Assembly: GCA_035564035.1 (NCBI GenBank) | Contig: DATMTU010000156.1 | Span: forward strand, 1 to 54,764 | Length of the DNA: 54,764 bases | Reading direction: 5' to 3' | Source of the DNA: Dongiaceae bacterium | Lineage (GTDB): Bacteria > Patescibacteriota > Saccharimonadia > Saccharimonadales > Saccharimonadaceae | Shown here: positions 35,985 through 45,458 of the stretch, piece by piece | Position numbering within the stretch: the first letter of the stretch is position 1 | Layout: each line of letters opens with the position of its first letter | The notes under the pieces: model-generated | What the model was told of the DNA's origin: nothing | What the model saw: only the letters and a program-made list of their open reading frames with translations | The model's database searches: none | Program-made: the position numbers and the translations under genes

Positions 35985-36659
35985 ATGTCCCTGGGGAAAA
36001 TCGGCGTCGGAGTTATCACCATGGGTGTTCGGGAAATTCATCCGAACATCAAGGCGAAAAGCCGAAAGGACAACCTTGTTCATGTGGAAGTGGATACCCA
36101 GCGCAACGGGCCTGCTATTACACGGAATCGTTGTCTGAAATACCTGATGGACCAGGGATGTGATCACCTCTTCATGTTTGATGATGACTGCTACCCCATG
36201 ATGATCGGATGGGAAGAGTACTTCATCAACGTCGCCCAAGAAAACGACATCCATTTCTTGGGTCTGCCCAATCCGTTTGCTAGCTACCTCATGTCACTCA
36301 AAGGTGAGTTGGCTCACTGGCATGCAATTCTTGGTTGCTTCAGCTACCAAGACCGGTTGGTTATGGAAAAGGTGGGTTACTACAACACTGCTTACACCCG
36401 ATACGGTAGTGAGGATGTAGCGCGCAACTGGCGCGTACAGAAGAGTGGTTTAGGTGGTTCATTGGACGCACGAGAGGGACACGCCGCGCCTTTTAGGGCA
36501 GCCGCGTATATTCTCTCTGAGGATGCCTACCACATGAACCCTACGCCCAATCTTTCCAAAGAAGAGAAGCTGCACTTCATCAAACTCAATGAACCGATCT
36601 TCTCTGAAGAAATCCATTCGGGAAAGCTCTACTACCCTTACTGTGATACCAAGGTGTAA
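35985..36659 (+). CDS. GT-A fold (GT2-like) glycosyltransferase
   Basis: GPAITRNRCL, FMFDDDC (DxD), VGYYN...YGSED motifs. Confidence 0.85.
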   Translation: MSLGKIGVGVITMGVREIHPNIKAKSRKDNLVHVEVDTQRNGPAITRNRCLKYLMDQGCDHLFMFDDDCYPMMIGWEEYFINVAQENDIHFLGLPNPFASYLMSLKGELAHWHAILGCFSYQDRLVMEKVGYYNTAYTRYGSEDVARNWRVQKSGLGGSLDAREGHAAPFRAAAYILSEDAYHMNPTPNLSKEEKLHFIKLNEPIFSEEIHSGKLYYPYCDTKV

Positions 36660-36664
36660 ACCTC

Positions 36665-37102
36665 ATGTACTCCAAACGGTTTGTTGATACTCTACCGCTT
36701 ATGGTAGGGAAGACTGTCAACATTAAAGAGAATCTCGATTCGGGATTTGATTTAAGCCAATTGGGGTCGGCGTTACTTAAGGTGTACCACATGTACGCTG
36801 AAGACGGTTGGATGTGCCGTGGTGAGTTTCCCAAACACATGCAATCCTTTCGTCAACTGAAAGATGAAGAAGGTAAGAAACTTCCGCAGTTTGAATTCAT
36901 TGGGGGTTCATCATTCCTCTTTTTAGACCATCCGGTGATGGTCAACTTTAACATCCTCCTCGACGCTATTACAGGACTCGTGAAGAGTAGTGCCAACTAC
37001 AACATCGACTTTGCAGCAGAACCCAGAGAAGCGCTTCCTGAAGGGGCGACCGGTCTTGCTGTTATCCTTGAACTCCAGCGCGCTCGATTTGAGACCCCAT
37101 GA
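36665..37102 (+). CDS. Hypothetical protein
   Basis: ORF in operon. Confidence 0.6.
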   Translation: MYSKRFVDTLPLMVGKTVNIKENLDSGFDLSQLGSALLKVYHMYAEDGWMCRGEFPKHMQSFRQLKDEEGKKLPQFEFIGGSSFLFLDHPVMVNFNILLDAITGLVKSSANYNIDFAAEPREALPEGATGLAVILELQRARFETP

Positions 37103-37572
37103 CTCTGCTGACGCTTCACCATACGCACCCTGTCGATCATAGCGCAGACGAAGAAATTAAGCTTCTCTTTGAACATTTGAAGGCCGACTTCGCAAAACCA
37201 GAAGTCGCTCATGCGGTGAAAGCACTGTTTGGTTTCCTGGATCAACTAAAGCATCGCGCTGACATTAAGCCTATGCCGGGCCGTCGGTGGAATGCTTACA
37301 AGGCGGCCGATTCCAAAGCCACTTCTCTTCTGGAATCCATTGTTCGCGTCTTCAAGGACTTGAACGGCCGTGTCCATGGTGAGGAGCGTGAACATCTTAT
37401 TGAACTTTTGAAACTGGAGGGTGTGCTCATTGGCCGTAAAGGTCAAGATGGTTATGGTCGCACGCTCTATTGTCTTCACACCACTAAGGGTTCTATCCCC
37501 TTAGACCAACCTTTGGGGATTACCCACTATGCACTTCTTCAGCGTCAGCGAACGCAGCGAACTCAAGCATGA
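37099..37572 (+). CDS. Hypothetical protein
   Basis: ATGA overlap. Confidence 0.6.
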   Translation: MTLLTLHHTHPVDHSADEEIKLLFEHLKADFAKPEVAHAVKALFGFLDQLKHRADIKPMPGRRWNAYKAADSKATSLLESIVRVFKDLNGRVHGEEREHLIELLKLEGVLIGRKGQDGYGRTLYCLHTTKGSIPLDQPLGITHYALLQRQRTQRTQA

Positions 37573-38014
37573 AGGTGACTTTCCTTCAGCCGAACAAGCC
37601 CTTCGGTGGTTAACTGCCAAACCGGAAGACGAGAGCGAAGAGAACAACAATGTTGTCTTCTACATCTCCATCGATGATGTCCGGCGACTGGTGCAACAGT
37701 TCCTGAACATGTGTCTTGGTAAGCAAATTACCAAGGACAGCCACTTTGGTATCAAGACCAATCCGGAAGACGGTAGCGGCAACCCGTTGAATTCTGGCAG
37801 TAACCGATTGGTTTATCTCGGTGACTTTCCTGATGAGCGAGTAGCTCAAGAAGTTATCACGGATAGCTCCGTGGCGACGACCCTTGCAGAGCTCCATGGA
37901 ACGCGCCCTGAGGACTATTGTGATATTGCTTGGGTAGTGAGCACCCCGGCACTCCATCGGTGGCAGATGGTCGCTGAGGACGTCGTAGGACGTAAGCTCT
38001 GGGAAACGGAATAA
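37529..38014 (+). CDS. Hypothetical protein with two GDFP repeats (paralogue of 34110)
   Basis: LKHEGDFPS and LVYLGDFPD units. Confidence 0.65.
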   Translation: MHFFSVSERSELKHEGDFPSAEQALRWLTAKPEDESEENNNVVFYISIDDVRRLVQQFLNMCLGKQITKDSHFGIKTNPEDGSGNPLNSGSNRLVYLGDFPDERVAQEVITDSSVATTLAELHGTRPEDYCDIAWVVSTPALHRWQMVAEDVVGRKLWETE

Positions 38015-38095
38015 AAAGAAGAGACCTTCGGGCCTCTTTTTATTTCCCAATTCCTATGAGGGTGTCTTTACCCTGTCAACGGAAGGTTTTTACTC

Positions 38096-38728
38096 ATGCG
38101 TACAGTTATCTCTACCGAGAAACACTGGAACAAAGCAGAGCGCGAAGCTGCTCCGGCGGAGCATTGGGCACTCCCCGAAAAGAAAGAACTTCGTATCGAC
38201 GATGCTGTACATACGAAGCTTGCTTGGTCACAAGTCGACCACACCAAAGGTCTCACGGACGATGACAAAAAGAAGGCGCGCAAGCGTATCATGGCACGTG
38301 CCAAAGAGCTTGATATGGATACAAGCGGCTGGAAGAAGTTCAAAGCCGTGAGTAAAGAAGGCTATCTGGATGATAGTGTCATGGCTACAGGTAACGACTG
38401 CACCTCACACCTCGTCACTGGCGCTATGACGAACGCGGCGGCTCTCGTAGGTGCATTGTCGCAGTACAAGCAGCAAGGTCTTACAGCGTCATTGGAAGCT
38501 CATCAGGAAGTAGCGAAGAAGTTCGCGGATCTTCGCATCTGTCTGGAGCTTCTGAATGAAGAGCTGGTCGATCTCGGCCTTCCTGAAGTAATGGTCAGCC
38601 AGGAATCGTTTGACCAGTCGATGCTGGATTGCAAAGCCAACCTCCAACAGGGCTACGACAACAACGACTTCTACTTCCTGGAGGCTTCGCCTCCGGACGA
38701 TGATGAATCCACTGAAGACGAAGGCTAA
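38096..38728 (+). CDS. Probable virion head protein with DUF6582-like N-terminal domain
   Basis: WALPEKKELRIDDAVHTKLAW...ARKRIMARAKEL; several S/A-x-E candidate prohead protease sites (VSKE, ASLE, VSQE); upstream TATG. Confidence 0.5.
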   Translation: MRTVISTEKHWNKAEREAAPAEHWALPEKKELRIDDAVHTKLAWSQVDHTKGLTDDDKKKARKRIMARAKELDMDTSGWKKFKAVSKEGYLDDSVMATGNDCTSHLVTGAMTNAAALVGALSQYKQQGLTASLEAHQEVAKKFADLRICLELLNEELVDLGLPEVMVSQESFDQSMLDCKANLQQGYDNNDFYFLEASPPDDDESTEDEG

Positions 38729-38795
38729 ACAAAAAGCCCCTCCCTTTTGGGAGGGGCTTTTATACCCTTTTCACAACAATCCTTAAGGATAACTC

Positions 38796-39506
38796 ATGAC
38801 CACCGAAGAAAATCAGAAGCCCACTTATACGGACATTGTTGACAATGTCATCAGTCATAATGGCGACGCTCGTATTAACGGGCGCCAGGTTGATGCATGG
38901 ACCATTGTGATGAGTGACGTTGATAGAGAGAAATCCGTTGCCCAAGTGATCACCGATATCATCGCGGAAAGGTTTTCTGCTGCCGGTGGTAACGGCGGGT
39001 ACGCTGGTTTTACATGGCACGACAACAATGGCGAACCCCATGAGGTGGTACTCGACCTGGATGCAGGTGACTACGTCCTTCCCAATGGAAGATACGGCAT
39101 CAACTTGAAGACGGATCCTAGTCATCCACGGATGGCTTGGAAAGACCACATGGCCGTGTTACTAGGGAATGTGCTCACGGAGAAGCCTTACACCGTTATC
39201 TTCTCCACCGTTCGCGTGCGTGGTAACCAAGGTAACATCAACATCGGCGTGACGGAAGTCCGGGCCAAGAATCCGGGTGAAGCAATCTTCCAATGGAAGA
39301 GAATCATGCCGGAGTACAGCATCTACGAGATCATCTACGTCATTGAAGGCTCCGTGGTCTTTGATCCTACCGATGAGCAGTCGCTGGCAGCTGTCAACGA
39401 GCAGCTCAAGGCTTACGTCGACGAACACAAGGAAGAAGCTCAGCAGGTCGAAGAAGGCGTAAGGGCCATTATCCGAGAAGAGCGTACGGAAGCAAAGAAA
39501 GAGTAA
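38796..39506 (+). CDS. Hypothetical protein
   Basis: AAGGA RBS, 236 aa. Confidence 0.7.
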   Translation: MTTEENQKPTYTDIVDNVISHNGDARINGRQVDAWTIVMSDVDREKSVAQVITDIIAERFSAAGGNGGYAGFTWHDNNGEPHEVVLDLDAGDYVLPNGRYGINLKTDPSHPRMAWKDHMAVLLGNVLTEKPYTVIFSTVRVRGNQGNINIGVTEVRAKNPGEAIFQWKRIMPEYSIYEIIYVIEGSVVFDPTDEQSLAAVNEQLKAYVDEHKEEAQQVEEGVRAIIREERTEAKKE

Positions 39507-39578
39507 CTGAGTAGCTCTAAATCTCTACACACCGGGCTCACGGTGTGTAGTTCCTCTATCCGCACGAAGGAAACATTC

Positions 39579-41573
39579 ATGTCTGAGCATCAATCCGAAC
39601 AGCGCTTCAGTGACCTCGCTGTCGAGCAGCTTTTCAAGGTGTACAAGCTGGCGGTAGAAGTGGAAGATACCGCCACCGCTGAATCCATTCTGGCCGTGGT
39701 TAACAGTTGGCCAAACGAAGGCACTGTCAAGAAGTTCGAACTGAGTGAGTGGTATCGCCTGGTAGAGGAGTGGTTGCCTGGTCAGGCAGCTAATTGCTTA
39801 CCTGATATCCTGCATGCAGATACTACCACACAAACTGCACCGTCCAAGCCGACTCTCCCCGGACCAAAGCTTACCGTAGCCGATCTCGAAGCTACGATCG
39901 TCGGCGAGGCATTTTGGCGTCTCGGTGAATCCACAGCTACCGTTTGCCAGTTGCGTTTGCGCAATGGTTTCGTGGTAGAGGGTATCTCCCATTGTGCTGC
40001 GCCTGAGAACTTCAACCAGGAAGAAGGTGAGAAGTGGGCAAGGAAAGCGGCCTTCGAGAAGATCTGGGATCTGGAAGGCTACCTCTTGAAGGAGCGACTC
40101 CATCAGAAGGAGACGTTGCGTGGTAAGATCTTCGAGATCTCTCCCAACCGTGTCAGCCAGTGGCCGACATTTGAAGAACTGGATCAGCTTCAGCTTCAAA
40201 TGGCGAATGTCGACGACCCGGAAGAGCTTCGTGAGGCTTTGGCTGTTCTCATCAAAGGCGTGGTGAACTACTACAATTACGCCGGTGATCGGATCGTTCA
40301 TCTCACACGCGACGCTATCGAGCTGCAGAAGCAGTTGGAGAAGACGAGTCAGAAGACCAACTTCCAATTGACCTCCGAGATCAACACCATTGTGGGTAAC
40401 CACCCTACAGGTGATGTCCGAGCATGGCGCCGTCAAGCCGGACTCATTCGTGACGAAGTCGTAGAGCTGCTCGGCCATATACACATGGACGCGCTGTTCA
40501 AGTTCGACTTCGAGAAGATCTGTGAACAGTTCATCGACGCGTACGGCGTTGTCACCGATGAAGGTGGTGCCGATACTGAAATGGATTTGGCGTGCGAAGA
40601 TGCTAAGGAGTTCCTGAAGCTCTTCCGTTACCAGAACACACTCTTCACACAGGAAGATCTTCCAGGCGCTACTGTCAACCCTTACGCTGTGCGCGACGAC
40701 ATCCAGGACATCCTGGTGACAGCCTATGGTCTTTCGCATCGGATGGGTTTCGATGCTGACGAAGATCACCGTGAGGTGTATCGTTCGAACCTGACCAAGT
40801 TCGATACGACACCAGAGGGCGCTGCTGCCACACAGGAGAAATACGCGAAGTTTGGTATTAAGACGTCGGTACACAGAGCAGAGCTCCTGTCGGAGACCCG
40901 CGATGAAGGTGCCCCTCTTCTCTATATCGTCAAAGTTGATGGTACTCAGACTGGCAACGACGGTAAGGTCTATCCAGACGGTAAGTTCTTGAAGTCACTC
41001 AACTTCGAAGAACCTAACTACAAGCCGGTGATCAGTCGACAGAAGCTCACCACACAGTCCGGCAAGAACAGTCCGTCATCGGACGCAAGAGTCGATAGCC
41101 TGGTGGAAGACTTTGGTAAGATCCGTGCGAATGCTGGATCTACTCGTGACGAGGTGCTTGGTGTAACTACTGACATCGATGCTGAAGCAAGGATGGCTAC
41201 GATTCACATCAAAACGCCTGTGGACGGTTGGGCCCTTCGTGTGTTCAATTTCATCGAGGAGGTTTGTCTCCCCAACGGCATCGCTGTGCTTCACGTAGGT
41301 GCAGGTGACGATTGGTATCGTGAAATCCATTTGGATAAAGGTGAGCGTATCATTCCTGTGGATCCGGTCGGTTGGCTTCGTGTTGATATCACCAAACAGC
41401 CGGTGGCGGATGTATACGCCAACATGAAGGAAACGGTGGGTTCGAATCGTGATATGCAGAAAGATTTCGTCGCAAGTTTGGAAGGTCTGAAACAGAACTT
41501 TCCCGAGCTTTTCGCCGATAGTCGCGATACCGCCTTTGACATTCAAACTGGTCGGGAAGCCGGCTGGACTTGA
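39579..41573 (+). CDS. Multidomain protein: Phage_gp49_66-like domain fused to MazG/PRA-PH-like NTP pyrophosphohydrolase
   Basis: TVCQLRLRNGFVVEG..C..PENFNQEEG...IWDLEGYLLKERL; LIRDEVVEL...DDIQDILVTAYG...EVYRSNLTKF...DGKFLKS. Confidence 0.8.
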   Translation: MSEHQSEQRFSDLAVEQLFKVYKLAVEVEDTATAESILAVVNSWPNEGTVKKFELSEWYRLVEEWLPGQAANCLPDILHADTTTQTAPSKPTLPGPKLTVADLEATIVGEAFWRLGESTATVCQLRLRNGFVVEGISHCAAPENFNQEEGEKWARKAAFEKIWDLEGYLLKERLHQKETLRGKIFEISPNRVSQWPTFEELDQLQLQMANVDDPEELREALAVLIKGVVNYYNYAGDRIVHLTRDAIELQKQLEKTSQKTNFQLTSEINTIVGNHPTGDVRAWRRQAGLIRDEVVELLGHIHMDALFKFDFEKICEQFIDAYGVVTDEGGADTEMDLACEDAKEFLKLFRYQNTLFTQEDLPGATVNPYAVRDDIQDILVTAYGLSHRMGFDADEDHREVYRSNLTKFDTTPEGAAATQEKYAKFGIKTSVHRAELLSETRDEGAPLLYIVKVDGTQTGNDGKVYPDGKFLKSLNFEEPNYKPVISRQKLTTQSGKNSPSSDARVDSLVEDFGKIRANAGSTRDEVLGVTTDIDAEARMATIHIKTPVDGWALRVFNFIEEVCLPNGIAVLHVGAGDDWYREIHLDKGERIIPVDPVGWLRVDITKQPVADVYANMKETVGSNRDMQKDFVASLEGLKQNFPELFADSRDTAFDIQTGREAGWT

Positions 41574-41646
41574 AGTTATCTGAACCATCGGTCTAATAAA
41601 GCCTCCCGTCCCAACCGGGACGGGAGGTCTCTACTGAGGAATCAAC

Positions 41647-42009
41647 GTGACGCAGATTGATTTGCATGCACCCACCGATCCTGATTACTTCAAGCGCCTT
41701 CAGGCGAGTAAAGAGCGTGCAGCCTTCTTCAAAAAACGGGAAGACCGGCCACCTGAAGTCTGGGAATCGCAGCTCATGGCGTTGATTGGGTCGCACACCA
41801 CCCTTCAGATGTACCAGGGGTTCTCACGAAATCTCACTGATTCCTACCTCACACCCACCGAGGCCATGAAGGCGCTCGATACGGTAGGTGTCAAAACGAT
41901 TCCTAAGACCATCGGGGAATTCATGCAGGTGTTTAAGGACGCCTACATCAAGACTGCACGAGATCGTGATGAGGCATTCGTACAGAATCTACAGAATCAT
42001 TTCACGTAA
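41647..42009 (+). CDS. Hypothetical protein
   Basis: GAGG RBS, GTG start. Confidence 0.6.
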   Translation: MTQIDLHAPTDPDYFKRLQASKERAAFFKKREDRPPEVWESQLMALIGSHTTLQMYQGFSRNLTDSYLTPTEAMKALDTVGVKTIPKTIGEFMQVFKDAYIKTARDRDEAFVQNLQNHFT

Positions 42010-42026
42010 GAAAATAAGGGGGCGGT

Positions 42027-43394
42027 GTGCACTACCTATTTAACCTGGTTCAGGTTTTTCAGCAATATGCTAAAGCTAACCCAGTCATGGCGGGTTTGGT
42101 CGGTCTGTGGACGGCGGCGACCATTAGCTTCATCTTCGTCAAAACCCCATTACGCGTCTGGCGTTTCTTTGAACGTCAGTTCACAACGTCACTCACCATC
42201 GACAACAGTACGTACGCTTACAACCTCGAAAACTTCAATGCGTTCTTGCTGTGGTTCCAGAAGCATCGCTTTTCACGATTCTCGCGCAGCTTCACTTTTG
42301 ATCCTACGTGGAACGAAGATGAAGAGAACCTGAAGGATAGTCGAGCTATCCTCGGTGCCGGTGAAGGCAAACATTTCTTCACGTACGGCGGTCGGTTCTT
42401 TTGGTTGACGCGTGAAAAGCGTACGACGAATGGTACGAACCAGAACAACATGCAGGCGTACGAAATTCGTATCACCATGCTGGGTCGTTCGCAGAAGAAG
42501 CTTCTGGATCTCGTTGATGCTTTTCGCTATCGCTACCCGAGAAACAAGGTGGGTATTTACCGTGCTGGAAAAGGGGATTGGTCACGAGTGGCCGATGCGC
42601 AGAAGCGACCGCTTGATACGGTCTTCTTGGATGAGGAGATCAAGCAGTCAATTTTGGACGACATCAACTGGTTCCTAAGTAACAAGCAATGGCATGTGGA
42701 TCGCGGCATGCCCTACAAGCTTACGTTCATGCTTTGGGGTCCTCCAGGTAGCGGTAAATCGAGTTGCATCAAAGCTATCGCCAGTCACCTCAACATGAAT
42801 GTCGGTCTGATCAATTTGTCCGACATGAATGATCGTGCACTGGAGATGTCTTTCGCTGATGTACCAAAGAAAACCATCATTGCTATCGAGGACTTCGATA
42901 CGACGCCGGCTACTCGGTCACGCGGTAAGTTAAGCGTGACGGATAAGAAAACTAAGGCGGATACAACGGAAGCCTCAGGTCAGTCGACTGTTTCACCGCC
43001 TTTAGCTGATGGTGAAGATGACTCGCATTCGGGTGATACCGATCTAGCTGTAGCCATTCAGGGTCTTACGCTGTCTGGATTCCTGAATGCACTGGACGGT
43101 CTTATTCCTCTGGATGGAACGATCATCTTCTTGACCAGCAATAAGATCGAGCATTTAGATGAAGCGGTTGTACGTGATGGTCGCATGGATCGAAAGATCT
43201 TCTTGGGTGAACTCACAGACCCATTGATCCGGAAGTTCATTACCATGCTTTATCCTGATTGTACCGCAGACGTTTTAACGGCAGAACACCCCGAGGTCAT
43301 TGCGCCGATGATGGGCGCTTCTATCTACGGTCTCTTCGGAAAGTACAAGAACGACGTAAATGGCTTCTTGAAAGCCTTGCCGAAACTCCATTAA
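42027..43394 (+). CDS. Bcs1-like membrane-anchored AAA+ ATPase
   Basis: N-terminal TM, GEGKHFFTYGGRFFWLTRE (BCS1_N-like), RPLDTVFL, Walker A GPPGSGKS, Walker B IAIEDFD, LTLSGFLNALDG, RDGRMD. Confidence 0.85.
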   Translation: MHYLFNLVQVFQQYAKANPVMAGLVGLWTAATISFIFVKTPLRVWRFFERQFTTSLTIDNSTYAYNLENFNAFLLWFQKHRFSRFSRSFTFDPTWNEDEENLKDSRAILGAGEGKHFFTYGGRFFWLTREKRTTNGTNQNNMQAYEIRITMLGRSQKKLLDLVDAFRYRYPRNKVGIYRAGKGDWSRVADAQKRPLDTVFLDEEIKQSILDDINWFLSNKQWHVDRGMPYKLTFMLWGPPGSGKSSCIKAIASHLNMNVGLINLSDMNDRALEMSFADVPKKTIIAIEDFDTTPATRSRGKLSVTDKKTKADTTEASGQSTVSPPLADGEDDSHSGDTDLAVAIQGLTLSGFLNALDGLIPLDGTIIFLTSNKIEHLDEAVVRDGRMDRKIFLGELTDPLIRKFITMLYPDCTADVLTAEHPEVIAPMMGASIYGLFGKYKNDVNGFLKALPKLH

Positions 43395-43399
43395 TCTTA

Positions 43400-43422
43400 G
43401 AGGAGGCTTCGGCCTCCTCTTT
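43400..43422 (+). terminator. Intrinsic terminator (UUCG loop)
   Basis: GAGGAGGC-TTCG-GCCTCCTC followed by TTTT. Confidence 0.8.
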
Positions 43423-43447
43423 TCCTTCCGCTACACAGAGAACTGAC

Positions 43448-44134
43448 ATGGATTATTTCACCGAACAAGACGTTGCTAAGAAGCTTCAGCTGGCCAAGAC
43501 GATGGTTGGTGCCTCTACCACACAGGCCAAAGGTTTTGGTCACAGTGCTGATGCAGGCATTCTTCTCGGTAACTGGTTAGACATCATGGCTCGTGAATTC
43601 ATTTTTACTGACACCACGGTTCACTATGGTCGTGATGTCATCGATGTCATCACGGCTAACAAAAAGTTCACCATGGATAAGTCGGGATCTGCGAAGGATT
43701 GCGCTCGTGTGTGGGCACAAGCTCGCTACACGAAGACGAAGACCTGGGATCAGCAGCAGGAGCAGTGGACGTGGAGTGCTGTTATGGCGCTTCTGGAGCA
43801 GTTCATTGTGTTCCTGAAGTTTGTAACCCTCATTCGTGGCCTGGATGAATCGATTAAACAAGCGGTTCGTATGAAGCGCGGTGAAAGTGAGATCTGGACG
43901 GCCGCAGCTGAGTGGATCGATGTCTTCGGGCCGCTCCATGGTGAGAAGTTGGCGCACGCACTACGTTCTCTTTGCCGTGGTGAGGATGTCAACCAGTGGA
44001 ATAGTCGTACCGTTCTCTTCGAAGCAGGTACGAAGCTCATCATGGAGATCCGTAAGGTGGGTAAGAAAGCGCTTGCAGAGGCTGACCACATGCCGCGTGC
44101 ACATCCACTTTACGGTCACCAGCGGCGCTATTGA
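43448..44134 (+). CDS. Hypothetical protein
   Basis: ATG 43448 after the terminator. Confidence 0.65.
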   Translation: MDYFTEQDVAKKLQLAKTMVGASTTQAKGFGHSADAGILLGNWLDIMAREFIFTDTTVHYGRDVIDVITANKKFTMDKSGSAKDCARVWAQARYTKTKTWDQQQEQWTWSAVMALLEQFIVFLKFVTLIRGLDESIKQAVRMKRGESEIWTAAAEWIDVFGPLHGEKLAHALRSLCRGEDVNQWNSRTVLFEAGTKLIMEIRKVGKKALAEADHMPRAHPLYGHQRRY

Positions 44135-44217
44135 TTCCAACTTACTACACCTCCACATTATCCACTAGCTGCGCAGTCCCATAGTAGTATACGTTTTTCA
44201 CCCCCGGGAGTTTACAC

Positions 44218-44940
44218 ATGTTTGGTACGCACGATTTGGATCACTTCAAGGTCGGTAAAACCATCGTTTGCATCGAAACACTGAATCGAATCATCGCCAC
44301 TGGTACTGTGAAGGTGACCATTCCAGATGTTACCCGTCTTCCGGTACACGTAAAGGATTTCTTCACACCAGGTAAAGAGTACCCTGTGGAGAACTTCGAG
44401 GTGCGCCACTCCGACCGTCCTGATGAAACACCGCAACTCTTCATCCGTGCACAAGGTGACACGGATATCCTGGAATACTTCTCCAACAACGATGGTGATG
44501 AGCTCGTCTTCACAGAAAACGACTTCGAAGCCATCCGTGCACAGTTCGAGAAGAAACAGGACGATGAGAACAAGGTGCAGCAAGTCAAGAACATCACCGT
44601 GCTCACGGAATGTCTTGGTAACCTGGTAAACAAACAGGAAAGTTTTAAATGCGGTGATATCGTTACGTATCGCAAGGACATCATGACTGAAGCCGGTTCT
44701 CGTGAACTTACCGGTCAACCCATGGTGGTCATGAAGACGTCCTTCCATCCGCGTGCCGTCATGGGCACACAGGACTGTTACCGCGATGTCGTACAGCGGT
44801 TTGTGGTTGTAGCCTTCCATAACAGCAAGGGCGACCTTCAGTTCGATGAGGTGGCACAGTATGATCTCACCAAGATCGGTGCAATTCCGGATAACCTCGT
44901 TGATGACCTCAATGAGTTCGCTGTAAGCCATCTCAAGTAA
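44218..44940 (+). CDS. Hypothetical protein
   Basis: GGAG RBS; CACATTAT motif at 44154. Confidence 0.7.
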   Translation: MFGTHDLDHFKVGKTIVCIETLNRIIATGTVKVTIPDVTRLPVHVKDFFTPGKEYPVENFEVRHSDRPDETPQLFIRAQGDTDILEYFSNNDGDELVFTENDFEAIRAQFEKKQDDENKVQQVKNITVLTECLGNLVNKQESFKCGDIVTYRKDIMTEAGSRELTGQPMVVMKTSFHPRAVMGTQDCYRDVVQRFVVVAFHNSKGDLQFDEVAQYDLTKIGAIPDNLVDDLNEFAVSHLK

Positions 44941-45035
44941 GGAACATAAGCCCTACCCGGACAGCTTCCGGGTAGGGTGTTTTATTTTACCACAACCTTT
45001 TATTTGGTGTCATTCATCGCACTAAAGGCTTCACT

Positions 45036-45452
45036 ATGACGACGCTCGGTGTACCCGATTTTCGTAACGTGCTACCGCCCCCTAATACCGTCGGACAGTT
45101 TTTTGTCCAAGGTACGGTGTTCTACGTCCTTAGTCAGGATGATCCGTGTCGGTATCCACGACTGATTGTAGATGTGTTTCATCCCGATCAGCCGGCTAGT
45201 GGTGCAAGTAGTGCCTGTGAGGCCACCCATACCTCCTACACGCTTGTTCCTGAAACAGCCAATGGGGTATCACCTATCCAGAGCGGCGTCGCACCACCGC
45301 AGTTCTGGGAGGGTTTCAGTGCAGCTGCTCAAGTGTACTTCAATCAGCAATATCCTGGCTGTGCGCTCAAGATCAACAGCCTCTACCGCTGGGAAAACGG
45401 TGAAGAAGAGATCACCACCGGCATCGTCTTTTCACAAAACTACGGCAGATAA
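45036..45452 (+). CDS. Hypothetical protein
   Basis: ORF after a hairpin. Confidence 0.6.
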   Translation: MTTLGVPDFRNVLPPPNTVGQFFVQGTVFYVLSQDDPCRYPRLIVDVFHPDQPASGASSACEATHTSYTLVPETANGVSPIQSGVAPPQFWEGFSAAAQVYFNQQYPGCALKINSLYRWENGEEEITTGIVFSQNYGR

Positions 45453-45458
45453 ACCACC

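Noticed and set aside
39798..40874. 358-aa antisense ORF (similarly 44212-44931 and 33217-33960)
   Set aside because: Same codon-bias shadow opposite well-supported + strand genes
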